Assembly (NCBI RefSeq): GCF_006345805.1 | Contig: NW_021834550.1 | Location: 1 to 51,904, forward strand | DNA: 51,904 nucleotides | Origin: Octopus sinensis | Taxonomy: Eukaryota | Direction: 5' to 3' | In this document: positions 1 through 11,805 of the stretch, piece after piece | Numbering within the stretch: position 1 is the first letter of the stretch | Layout: each line of letters starts with the position of its first letter | Program-made: the position numbers and the translations under genes | The notes under the pieces: model-generated | Databases searched by the model: none | Told to the model about the DNA's origin: nothing | What the model saw: the letters and a program-made list of their open reading frames with translations, nothing else

Positions 1-441
1 ATACACACATGCATACATGGGTCAGTGTGCGTCTACATATACATACGTATATGCATGCACGAACATTCACGTGTATCAATGTGTGTACATATATATGTTT
101 TATATATGTGGTGTGCGTATGTGTATGTTTGTATATAAAGAAAAATTCCAAACAGATCTGACAGAATGTATCAAGTACTTCGGGTGAAGCACTCAAGGCT
201 TATGGGAGAGTCAACTGGAAGTAGAAATGCAAGAACGCGAGACAACAAAGAGTAGTTAAGTGTAGATTATGTAAGAGGTGACGTAACAACGAGTGCCGGG
301 CCCAGTTGTGATCCTTAACATTGAAGATAATATTCTGTATTAGTCAAAGGTTAACATGTATTGATGATGTTTGTCGGTTGGTTAGCTGGTTGGTGGTGTC
401 ATATAGTACTGGTATATGTCGGTAAGGTAGAGTGGTTGTAT

Positions 442-797
442 GGAGGCGCAATGGCCCAGTGGTTGGGACAGCGGACTCGCGGTCGTAGGATCGCGGTTTC
501 GATTCCCAGAGTTTTTATTGAGCGAAAATAACTAAAGCTCCACGAGGCTCCGGCAGGGGGTGGTGGCGAACCCTGCTGTACTCCTTCACCACAACTTCCT
601 CTCAATCTTTCTGTTGTACCTGTATTTCAAAAGGCAACCCTTGTCACACAATCTGTCACGCGGAATCTCCCCGAGAACTACGTTAAGGGTACACGCGTCT
701 GTGGAATGCTCAGCCACTTGCACGTTAATTTCACGAGCAGGCTGTTCCGATAATCGGATCAACTGGAACCCTCGTCGTCGCAACCGACGAAGTGCCA
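442..797 (+). mobile_element. tRNA-Arg-like-headed SINE (octopus OR/OK-type family, family name tentative)
   Basis: Head GGAGGCGCAATGGCCCAGTGG...GACTCGCGGTC...GGTTTCGATTCCC has A-box/B-box-like motifs and a TCG anticodon-like loop. The 3' tail (GTTAATTTCACGAGCAGGCTGTTCCG...GGAACCCTCGTCGTCG..ACCGACG.AGTGCC) recurs at 1104-1370, 21158-21445 and 38305-38379. Confidence 0.8.
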
Positions 798-919
798 CGA
801 GAGTCGTTGCAATGACGTATGTTGGTTAACTGACATTCCATCAGTTAGGACGATGAGGGTTCCAGTTAGCTGAAAATAAGTACCAGTAGTAAGTGGGGCG
901 GGGGAGTAACTTTGCAAAC

Positions 920-1368
920 AATTGGTGTTCCGTCTGAAGTTTTGTCTTGTATTCTCAGTCGCTTAAAACACATCAGAAAACACATCAAGCGACGTCCTAA
1001 TAAACTTACTGGCTGTAGACGGACCAACTTCTTTTATAACAGTTATGTGTGTTACCAGCCTAAGTGCAGACTCGAACTGTTTCATATAATGTTTAAGTTC
1101 AATTGGCACTCCGTCGGTTACGACGACGAGGGTTCCATTTGATCCGATCAACGGAAGAGCCTGGTCGTGAAACTAACGTGTAATTGGCTGAGCACTCAAC
1201 CGACACGCGTACGCTTAACAGTAGATCTCAAGGAGATTCAATGTGACACAGTGTGACAAGGCTGGCCCCTTCTGAATTACAGGTACAACTCATTTTTGTC
1301 AGTTGAATCAATAATTGGAGCAAAGTGGAATAAAATGTCTTGATCAAGCTTTGGAATCGTTAAATATG
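920..1368 (-). mobile_element. SINE (shared tail family) plus ~185-bp 3' extension
   Basis: 1104-1368 is the reverse complement of the SINE tail and core. 920-1103 matches 38380-38560 in reverse complement. Confidence 0.7.
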
Positions 1369-1704
1369 CTGCAGGACACTTTCATATAGATTTGCCTAGC
1401 TTGAATACGAATTAACGTGTTCCTGACTAACACGTGTGGATTTCTATCACCTTTTATATTATGATTTTGTTTCACTGTGAAATATTTGCTGATCTTGCTC
1501 CGCCATTTTACTTTTGACTTCGTTCACGTGACTGAAACAAATTCTACATTAAAATGTGGGCTGGTCAGTGTGTGCTCATGCATGTCTGTTTGTATGCATT
1601 TGTGCATGTATGTATGTATGTATGTATGTATGCATGCGTATATATGTATACGTATGTATGCATTTATGTATGTATGTCATTATTCAGTTTTATTTTAAAT
1701 TTCT

Positions 1705-1950
1705 TGCCAATAGAGAAGGAGCCGGTTTCTAACCTAGATCCAAGGTTCCTTCATTGGAATGTCAACATCAACAACTGGGTATTTATGCATGTATGTGTGT
1801 ATATGTGCAGTATTTGGAGTCAGTGCACGTGCAGCATTGTATGTATGTATGCATGTTTGTGCAGATTTGAATGCTTTATGTATGCGTTCTCATGCATATA
1901 CCTGCATATCTCGACATGCTCATATATATTAGAATGATAAACTTCTGGAA
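1705..1950. repeat. Dispersed repeat with internal (TATG)n; second copy at ~23008-23275
   Basis: CCGGTTTC.AACCTAGATCCAA.G.TC.TTCATTGGAAT.TCAACATCAACA ... GACATGCTCATATATA...AATGATAAACTTCTGGAAAGT is present at both loci. Confidence 0.7.
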
Positions 1951-2357
1951 AGTTTTATAGACTTCTACAGTTTCAGTAACGGATTGGGTCTGTAGCCTTC
2001 GAATTAGCTTTCTCTTCTCTGGTTTTGAGAAACCTAATGTTTCCTATGTATGTATGTATGTATGTATGTATGTATGCAAAGTTCTTGATGTTGGAACATG
2101 GTTTGGCTGGAACATGGTTTTATTGTAATACTCATTATTTTCACTGTGTGTGTATGTGTTTGGGAGAGTCTCCACACATGCACACATACGTAGTACATAC
2201 ATAATACTCACGTACACACACGCGCGCGCGAAGGAAAATGAACAGAAAGAAGGAAACGGTTAGAGAGTATACTGTATTGATAGCTAGCTAGCAGACAGTG
2301 ATAGACAGCTATAGAAACAGACAGACAGGCAGAGAGACAGACAGACAAATAGATAGA

Positions 2358-3232
2358 TATGTTTCTTTATTAGCCGCACAGGGCTGCACACAGACGGGAC
2401 AGATTACAAAGTAGAGCTTTTCTTTTGGGGGAGAAAAAAAAGTGGGGTAGGTTTTCGACCAAAAAGGATCGTAAAAGGGAAAGAAAAAAATGGGAAAGAA
2501 AAAAAAGAAGAAAAAACGATCAATAGGGATCGTGTATCACAGAAATGCCATGATGTAAAGTGTAAAGGGGGAAGCAGATAAGGTTTATCCGTGGAAAGAA
2601 AAGCCTACGGAAAAGACCATGGTAACCTCGGTAAATAATGTTACATGTTACCACATTTGTTTGCAAGCAGGTAACCCTCTGTTTTAAATTTTTCCACGTT
2701 CATAGGATTATGCTCAAGGTAGCTTTGTCATTCATACGTGCCATCCTTGCTACATTCACCCATCTTTTTTTTGAAACATCCACTAGACAAAACTTGCCTC
2801 TCTACTCACACTTTCCTTTTCAAGTGATACTTGAAGAAGTTGATGAGAGATTGACCAGAGAGGAAAGTGTTTGTCGCCAATCCTTTCAGACGCATCCACC
2901 AGATACATTCTTTCACCATAGCCACAAGAATAATGAAAATAGCTCTTCCTTCCCGTTTGAAGGAATGAGGCGTGACAATATTGATGATAGACTCGGCTGA
3001 TAAACCGACTCGCCCCACACGTGACAGCAGTTGTTCGACATTAGCCCACAGGTCGAAATTGTTGGACACTGCACGAGTGCGTGCAGAACGGTTTCGTCGC
3101 TCTGACCGCATCTCGAGCAGGTCGGCCTCGTGTTTCTCGAGCCGTGTCTGTAGAGCTTATCCCGAACGAGTAGCGCTTCTCGGTACCACTGCAACGCCAG
3201 GGATCTCTGGAAGTTGTCCATGGACCCTGAAA
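2358..3232 (-). mobile_element. 5'-truncated L1/Tx1-clade non-LTR retrotransposon (ORF2 C-terminus, 3' UTR, polyA signal)
   Basis: Minus-strand translation gives GSMDNFQRSLALQWYREALLVRDKL..CSRCGQSDETVLHALVQCP (zf-RVT/CCHC knuckle), then W...EQLLSRVGRV...FFKYHLKRKV with frameshifts and stops. AATAAA lies at 2366-2371 on the minus strand, and (TCTA/TCTG)n flanks both ends. Confidence 0.85.
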
Positions 3233-4165
<933 letters not shown>

Positions 4166-4207
4166 GATAGAAAAAAGAGAGACAGAGTGGATGAGGTAGA
4201 GAGAATG

Positions 4208-4208
4208 C

Positions 4209-4290
<82 letters not shown>
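4208..4290. repeat. (GA)n microsatellite
   Basis: Direct reading. Confidence 0.95.
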
Positions 4291-4292
<2 letters not shown>

Positions 4293-4519
4293 GTCTGAAG
4301 AACTTTTCATTTCTTGAATGCTTTGTGAACATCTTCAATGTAAACAGGCATATGGAACTGTAAATGATCTTGTGTGAAGAACAGATGCCTAACAGAAGAA
4401 CGGAAACGGCGACCTGGCGGCAATGAAATTCCTGCCAAAGTAGCTAATATCAAACAATTGATGGGGATTCACTTAGGTTTAAGAGAATTGGTGAAAGAAG
4501 CCGTCATCACTCGCCTCCT

Positions 4520-4797
4520 TTGCCGTCGTTACCACCGCCGTCGCCACCACCGCTGTCGCCACCGCTGTCGCCACCGCTGTCGCCACCGCGTCGCCACCGC
4601 CGTCGCCACCGCCGTCGCCACGCCGTCGCCACGGCCGTCGCCACCGCCATCGCCATCGCTACCACCCTTCTTCTTCTTCTTCTTCTCTTCTTCCTCGCAT
4701 CATCATCATCGTCGTCGCTGCCACCGCTGCCATCGCCACCGCCGCCGCTACCGCCGACGTCAAAACCACCACCACCACCACCACTGTCGTCGTCGTC

Positions 4798-4829
<32 letters not shown>

Positions 4830-4870
4830 CATCATCATATCATCATCATCATCATCATCTTCGTCATCAT
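4520..4870. repeat. Low-complexity (CGC/CAC/CAT/CTT)n trinucleotide mosaic
   Basis: Direct reading; it produces the spurious poly-P/H/R/S ORFs. Confidence 0.85.
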
Positions 4871-6617
4871 CATTCCAGGGGGTGACAAGTTCAAAGAAGC
4901 AATGTCCGGCCACTTAGGTAAGTCTGAGAGTGAATAAATATTTAATCCATAATAGTTAGTTAGTTCGACAACATGCATACATACATACACACATACCTAC
5001 CTACCTACCTACCTACATGCATACATAGATGCATACATACATTCATTCATTCATTCATACATACATACATACATACATACATACATACATACATACATAC
5101 ACAAACATACATACATGCATACATACATGCATACATACATACATACATACATACATATAAACATATACATACATATACATAGATACACACACACAGATAT
5201 AAATGTGTGTGTGAGTATTCCGAGGCGGTATAGGCAAAATAAAATATATATTCTGCTGCATGAACCATTATGAATTAAATGATTATTATTATTATTATGC
5301 GTTATCTGAACTAAGGCTTATGTAGGAGGGAGCGAAAAGCATTCGATAATGATGGTAGAAATGGGACATAGTAACGAAGCCATATTTAGGAGTTTGTGGG
5401 ACATAGTAGGGAATATATGTGCGGTTTATGGATACATGTTAGACTTCGTCCTTCTCTTGGCAGACATGTAATGTAACCAGCAGCTAACAAGGCAGTTAGT
5501 TGCATTTGCTGTTGAGAAAAGACGCGGACAAAGTAGCCATCACTGACAATTTCGACCCGTAACATTGCTGAACACAGATACTTAGATTTTGACTTACATA
5601 CCTTCGGATAGACGGCGCTTTCGTACGTAACATTATGTGGCACGTACAGACCTTTGTGATTCCTTGCAGATCGGAAAAACGGCAATCTCCACCTCATGCA
5701 ATGCATCGTAGATAGTGTGTATTTCACAAACCTGGCTTCGATGTGGCTTTTATCTCTGATCAATATACGGTTTCCGATGAAGTTGACTATCGGTAACTGG
5801 CGGTTGTATTCAGTGCAACCAGTTTCAACTATAAATTCAACGGTTCGATCGTTTCAATGTATAACAGCGTCTGCTCGGTGTCTGGACTAAGTACTTAGAC
5901 GAGCCGTTTCGAATCACACACTCGATTCAGCAGAAACGTCCTCTCTTAACTATTTTGTCCATTTTGGCTCTTGAGCCATTGCTGTGGAAGCTGTCGTTGG
6001 GGGTACCAAAGTGGTGATGGCTACCATAGATATCGAATGGGAAGTGGGCTTGCAACTCGGTACTTGAAAAGGTAAGTGAAAACTGCCCAGTGTCGTTAGA
6101 CACTGAATCAAAGGTCTTATTTAAAATGATTGGAATCTAGTCTGGTGTCAGATCTCTGAGTGGATAGATATTGATAAAAGACAATGGGCAAAGGGGCCAA
6201 TCTCAACCAAAAAAAGACTGCCAGTATTCAGTTCTAGAGCTATCTGCTAGAGGTGCGCACGCATATTAACTCCCACGTGACAACCGTACATTGACCCAAT
6301 TTTCAACTGGTTAGATTGGTACGTTTGATGTTTCGCTTCTTATACAAGAGACAAGTACCACTGGTCAGAAGGTTCGTCTGCTAAGAAACCTTTCTGCACA
6401 AAGGGAGCGGTATGCCGTTTGTCAGGCGTCTCATACAGCTCGTCTCTTGCAGAGAATTGTGCAGTCCTCGTTGAAGACCAAGACTGAGCACCTAGCATTT
6501 GGTAAATTGTGAAGCACTTAGAGTTGTGTACCTCTCGGACAATAAGGCCAGAGGTTCCTTAATCCATGCATTTTATAGGAAATTAAGTGGCAGATCGATG
6601 GTGTTTTCGGGATCAAT

Positions 6618-6736
6618 GAGACAGTTGGGCGCGGCTGTTTGGGCGCAGACTATTTGGCGCAATTGATCAGACAGTCAGCTTCATTTGGCAACAGCACTTT
6701 TGACGCAGAAGGAAAGCACAACAGATAAAGTGGGAC

Positions 6737-6777
<41 letters not shown>

Positions 6778-7068
6778 GGGGTAGATCACAATTTATTAAT
6801 TGACCACAAATGATTTAAACTCTTTGCTTCTCCTCAAATACATACATACACACACACACACTCAGACACAGTGTGTGTATTATTGAGAGAATGATTGATT
6901 GACTTGATTGATTGATTGAGTGATTGATTGATTGATTGAGTGAGTGAGTGAGTGAGGGAGGGAGAGAACAAAAGAAATGTTAAAACAACTGATGACAAAA
7001 AAGTCAGCGTCGAATCATCGATGCCAAATAAGCTGCGCCAAAATAGCTGTGCCGAAACGTTTCATGCT
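6618..7068. mobile_element. Possible MULE/MITE-like remnant with imperfect inverted ends of iterated TTGGCGC motifs
   Basis: The left GGGCGCGGCTGTTTGGGCGCAGACTATTTGGCGC is mirrored by the right GCCAAATAAGCTGCGCCAAAATAGCTGTGCCGAAACG. The interior is microsatellite; no TSD was confirmed. Confidence 0.35.
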
Positions 7069-7723
7069 CGTTCTCAGAGAGACTCTAAGTAACTCTAAGT
7101 GTCGACGAAAGTTAACCGAACATATTTTTCTGAGATGCATGCAGAGCAACGAGTTTGTTCTTCAGTGTCCGGACCTTGCTAACTGGTGAAGTTATGTCGA
7201 ACAGTCGTTGTTGCATGTAAGACGGACCCGGTTATTCTCCGAATTCGTCGTGAAGGTCAGTGTGCCAGCCACATTTGGCTAGGAAGGGAAAACAGCTTTC
7301 CTATGTCTGGTGGGTAGGGTGAAAGAGATATAATGGGGGACAAGATTGAAATGACTGATGAGAAGCGTGAAAGTAGAAAATGGGGGTGAAGTTGCAGAAA
7401 AATGCATGGTCCGGGTGAAAAGATGTACAAAGAGAAATTGCATGTAGGCTAGGAAACTGGGAAAGCACACTTGTCCTTAGCAGCAACACTAATCCATGAC
7501 TTCATGTAGTTATCTCTCTTTTGAGAGATAAAACAGATATAGCTGTCCTTTCTTCGTGAGCTATGACTAACAAGACCATAACAAGCAACAGAAAACATAA
7601 TCGGGTAGCGAATGAAATATAAGAATACCAATTCTCAAACACAGCTAGTTCATATCCTTTTATCATCCTCAAAGGATTCAGTTATGTTCCTCGTGATGTC
7701 ACTTAAATTTAGAGAACACATGG

Positions 7724-7758
<35 letters not shown>

Positions 7759-7761
7759 CAT

Positions 7762-8307
7762 TTATATTAAATTAGAGATAAAACCACCATTAGGCAAATC
7801 AAACAGTGAAAAACATAAGCCAATACATAAAATTAATTTAAAATATAAAAGTCAAAAATAAAAAAAATTATTTAAATAATTTAAACTTATAAATTTTATA
7901 TATATATACAAATATATATATATGTATGTATGTATATTTTTATATTTATATATTATTTTATTAATTAATTAATTAATTAATTAATTTATTTTTTAAATTT
8001 TTAAATTTTTTTATTAAACTTTTAATACTTTTGATATATATATAAAAAATAAATAAATAAATAAAAATAAATAAATAAAAATAAATAAATAAATAAATTA
8101 ATTAATTAATAAAATAATATATAAATATAAAACTATACATACATACATATATATATATATATTTGTATATATATGTAAAATTTATAAGTTTAAATTATTT
8201 AAATAATTTTTTATTTTTAACTTTTATATATCAAATTAATTTTATGTATTAGCTTGTTTTTCACTGTTTGATTTGCCTAATAGTGGTTTATCTCTAATTT
8301 AATATAA
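7762..8307. repeat. Long AT-rich foldback (arms ~225 bp)
   Basis: ATTAGAGATAAAACCACCATTAGGCAAATCAAACAGTGAAAAAC... at 7771 is mirrored by ...GTTTTTCACTGTTTGATTTGCCTAATAGTGGTTTATCTCTAAT ending near 8298. Confidence 0.9.
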
Positions 8308-8389
8308 TATAATATAATATATTTATACTATAAAATTGGATTTAATCCTAAATCTCATTTTTCCCTGTAAGTTTGGATTTATTCCTAAT

Positions 8390-8499
<110 letters not shown>

Positions 8500-8557
8500 A
8501 TATATACATGGTGCTTGTCTATTCCTATACAGTTTGACCACCTCCTGTACCTACACC

Positions 8558-9040
8558 TTAGCACCAACAAGGCATCAGATTGTAGCTTTTTAAACCAGAC
8601 AACGTTCTGAAAAGACACTCACATAGATTGCAAATCCGATTTGGACCACCAAGAGCTGCAGATAAGTTCTGCGCTTTGTGGTTCTTCAATTGTCTTTTGA
8701 GGCCTCCGTTGGATTTGCAAGCCTTCTGGAATGCACTGCATTCAAAGGTGTGCACATACATATAAGCAGAACCGTTGGTGGTTGTTCGTTTTCCATGCTT
8801 TCGCAGATGAGACTTGAGGCCAGCAAAAGACAGGCATAATCTGTCGCAGACTGTGCACGCAAAAAGGTCATTGTCATTCACCTTCTCGATCGTTACATTC
8901 TTCCTTAGATCTCATTTGAGTCTTACTTGCGTTATCCTGGCCACTTCAAATGATTTCACTCCACTCCACACCTTTGTTCGCTATCCAACTCCATCCGAAT
9001 CAAGGGTTTCTATATCTTCTGGAAACTTTCCAAGTGACTT
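8558..9040 (-). mobile_element. RTE-clade LINE ORF C-terminus with three C2H2-like fingers (decayed)
   Basis: One frame reads SLGKFPEDIETLDSDGVG*RTKVWSGVKSFEVARITQVRLK*DLRK..FACTVCDRLCLSFAGLKSHLRKH..FECSAFQKACKSNGGLKRQLKNH..CNLCECLFRTLSGLKSY. This matches the RTE C-terminal pattern (WR...GV..FE..R....KR..RK...C..C.R.C.S..GL.SH.R.H). Confidence 0.8.
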
Positions 9041-9049
9041 TATATATAT

Positions 9050-9105
9050 ATATATGACTACATAAATATATACATATACATATATATACAAACATACATA
9101 TATAT

Positions 9106-9146
<41 letters not shown>

Positions 9147-9507
9147 TATATATATATATATACATATATATATTAATACATATACATATATATGTATATA
9201 TATATATATTGTGTGTGTGTGTGTGTGTATATATATCACAGTGAATGTATACTCTCACACACTCATACGTACACACATATACATATATACACATATATTT
9301 GTATACATGTACACATTAATCTTAAAACACACACACATATATGTACATAACATATATATGCATATTTATGTATATCGGTGTACGTACGTGTATATATATA
9401 TATAGATATATAGATATACATACATGCATACATATATATATATGTAATATACATACATACTTATATATATATATATATGTGTATAATATATATATATGTA
9501 CATATAT

Positions 9508-9556
<49 letters not shown>

Positions 9557-9625
9557 TATATATATTATATATATAATATATATATAATATAATATATATA
9601 TATATATTATATATATATATATGGA
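9050..9625. repeat. (TA)n/(CA)n/(TG)n microsatellite cluster
   Basis: Direct reading. Confidence 0.95.
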
Positions 9626-9872
9626 CAAACAGACATATACACACACTTGCAAAGATGTCTAGCTCCAAGACTTTTCACGGTAAAATAGTGACGATGAACC
9701 TGTTTCAGAGGAAGTTAATTGTATTTATCAAAAATGTTTATCTAACGGGATAAACATCCACATTACGGCACAACATTATTTTACACCCTCGGCATCACGC
9801 GAACGCACGCATGTAAACGCTCACACGCGCACGAGCACTAACACGCTTATGCATATACGTTCGTGAGCGCGC

Positions 9873-10004
9873 TCGCAGACACAACGCTCTCTGCTCATTG
9901 GACACTTGCTCGCGCGGAAGATCGTCCATTGCTAGGAAGATCAAACGATGGGGCGAAGCTGCTTCGCCCAGTCTTGTACACTGTCAGCAGAAGCTCTGTG
10001 ATAC
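9873..10004 (+). mobile_element. Short (CA/TACA)n-tailed dispersed element; second copy at 29277-29408 (-)
   Basis: GGACACTTGCTCG.GCGGAAGATCGTCCATTGCTAGGAAGATCAAACGA.GGGG.GAA.CTGCTTCGCCCA..CTTGTACACTGTCAGCAGAAGCTCTGTGATAC is in both copies, each followed by (CA)n-type repeats. Confidence 0.75.
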
Positions 10005-10158
10005 ATACACACATACATATACATAAATACAAAGTACAAGAATACAAGAATACATACATACATCCAACATAATTCATACATACATACATACATACATACA
10101 TACATTACATACATGCATGCTTACATACATACATATATATATATATATAATTATGTAA

Positions 10159-10194
<36 letters not shown>

Positions 10195-10196
<2 letters not shown>

Positions 10197-10288
10197 TTAT
10201 TTTATAGAAGAGACTTCTACAGGACTAGAACTGTTTCATTTGAATGAAACAGTTCTAGTCCTGTAGAAGCTCCTTCTATAAAATAAAT
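10195..10288. repeat. Near-perfect palindrome/hairpin
   Basis: CTTCTACAGGACTAGAACTGTTTCATT (10214-10240) is the exact reverse complement of 10243-10269. It is extended by ATTTATTTTATAGAAG / CTTCTATAAAATAAAT. Confidence 0.95.
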
Positions 10289-10349
10289 TAATTTACTCTG
10301 CTATGTATGAGTACCTTATTTACTGTGGTTAACCCCGACTCAACTCGGG

Positions 10350-10406
<57 letters not shown>

Positions 10407-10649
10407 TATATATATATATAATATATATATATCGTTAGCCACTACACACATTTTTTCTTTTGTTTTCTCTCCTTGTTTTTCTGTGTCCCTTTCTGCAGAA
10501 GAGCGTAGGCTCGAAAGGTAAAAGACTTTTTCTATTCCTGAGCGTTATACTAATACATCTGCTTGTTTTGTACACCACCTGTCTTCGTCTTTTGTTTTTT
10601 CGTAAACTCTCCCTATATATAAATAGATACACACACGAGTGTATAAGTA

Positions 10650-10725
<76 letters not shown>

Positions 10726-10729
10726 GATA

Positions 10730-11116
10730 CTCTTTTACACGTTTAAGTCATTTGACAACGGCCGTGCTGGAGCACTACCATTAGTCGAACAAATCAACTC
10801 CAGGACTTATTCTTTGTAAGCCTAGTACTTATTCTATCGGTCAATTCGGGGTCATAAACACACCAGCATCGGTTGTCAAGCGTTGGTGAAGGGACAAACA
10901 CAGACACAAAGGCATACACACATAAATCTATATATATACATGTATATATTCACGACGGGCTTCTTTCAATTTCCTTCTACCAAATCCACTTCCAAGGCTT
11001 TAATCTGCCCGAGGCTATAGTAGAAGAGACTTGTCCAAGGTGCCACGCAGTGGGACTGAACCCGGAACCGTATGGTTGGGAGGAAATCTAGTTACCACGC
11101 AGCCAAGCTTGCGCCA
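10730..11116 (-). mobile_element. tRNA-headed CORE-like SINE (OR2-like, tentative) with internal microsatellite
   Basis: On the minus strand: GGCGCA.G..TGGCTG.GTGGT head, GGTTCAGTCCCACTGCGTGGCACCTTGGACAAGT (CORE-like CCTTGGGCAAGT), and the family tail ...CCAGCACGGCCG..GTCAAATGACT.AAAC. Confidence 0.75.
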
Positions 11117-11184
11117 ATATTTATATATATGTATGTATATATATATATATATATATATATGTAAATAAATATATAATATATATA

Positions 11185-11312
11185 AAAATTAGAGAAAAAC
11201 CAATATTATGTAATTCAAAAAATGATAGAACAAACCAAATCATAAAGAAAAAATATATTATAAAACATATAACTAGATCACAAAATTATTATATATATAT
11301 ATGTATATATAA

Positions 11313-11371
<59 letters not shown>

Positions 11372-11763
11372 ATATAATTATTTGAGGGAATATTATTCCA
11401 CTTACAGGGAAAAATTCAATTAGAAATACAAAATCAAATTTCACAAAATATAATATATATATATATATATGAAAATTTGAAAAAACCCACCTTTTCTGAA
11501 TTCAAAATGAACAATTAAATTACACCATCTAGAAAATTACATATGATAGAAATATTAAAAATAAAATAACAATAATATACCAATGATTAAGTAAGTTGCA
11601 AAATAATGATACAAACGTATATATTTGATAGAATAACGACACGTGTTTCGAGGCTATATTTAAGAAATGATTATAGTAAAAAAATTAATAGTAGTAGTAA
11701 ATCACTTCGATTTAAATATAGCCACTCATCAGGTTAGAAATACTAAACTATCTAATAAAATAA

Positions 11764-11805
<42 letters not shown>

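Noticed and set aside
442-510. tRNA gene-like sequences (also 16282-16357, 37788-37864, 48380-48450, 50589-50676)
   Set aside because: They lack a proper acceptor stem and terminator and run on into repeat bodies. These are SINE heads, not tRNA genes.
963-1151. Similar open ORFs in two copies (963-1151 and 38311-38526; ...GSNGTLVVV...MKQFESA..LVTHITVI)
   Set aside because: They overlap a SINE tail, and codon-by-codon comparison shows mostly non-synonymous differences, so there is no sign of coding constraint.
4374-4937. 187-aa His/Arg-rich ORF
   Set aside because: It is mostly a trinucleotide mosaic; only the terminal 39-nt segment has splice support and is reported separately.
8558-8881. 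Host C2H2 zinc-finger gene
   Set aside because: There are no TGEKP linkers, the fingers are degenerate, and the in-frame upstream sequence is RTE C-terminus with stops.
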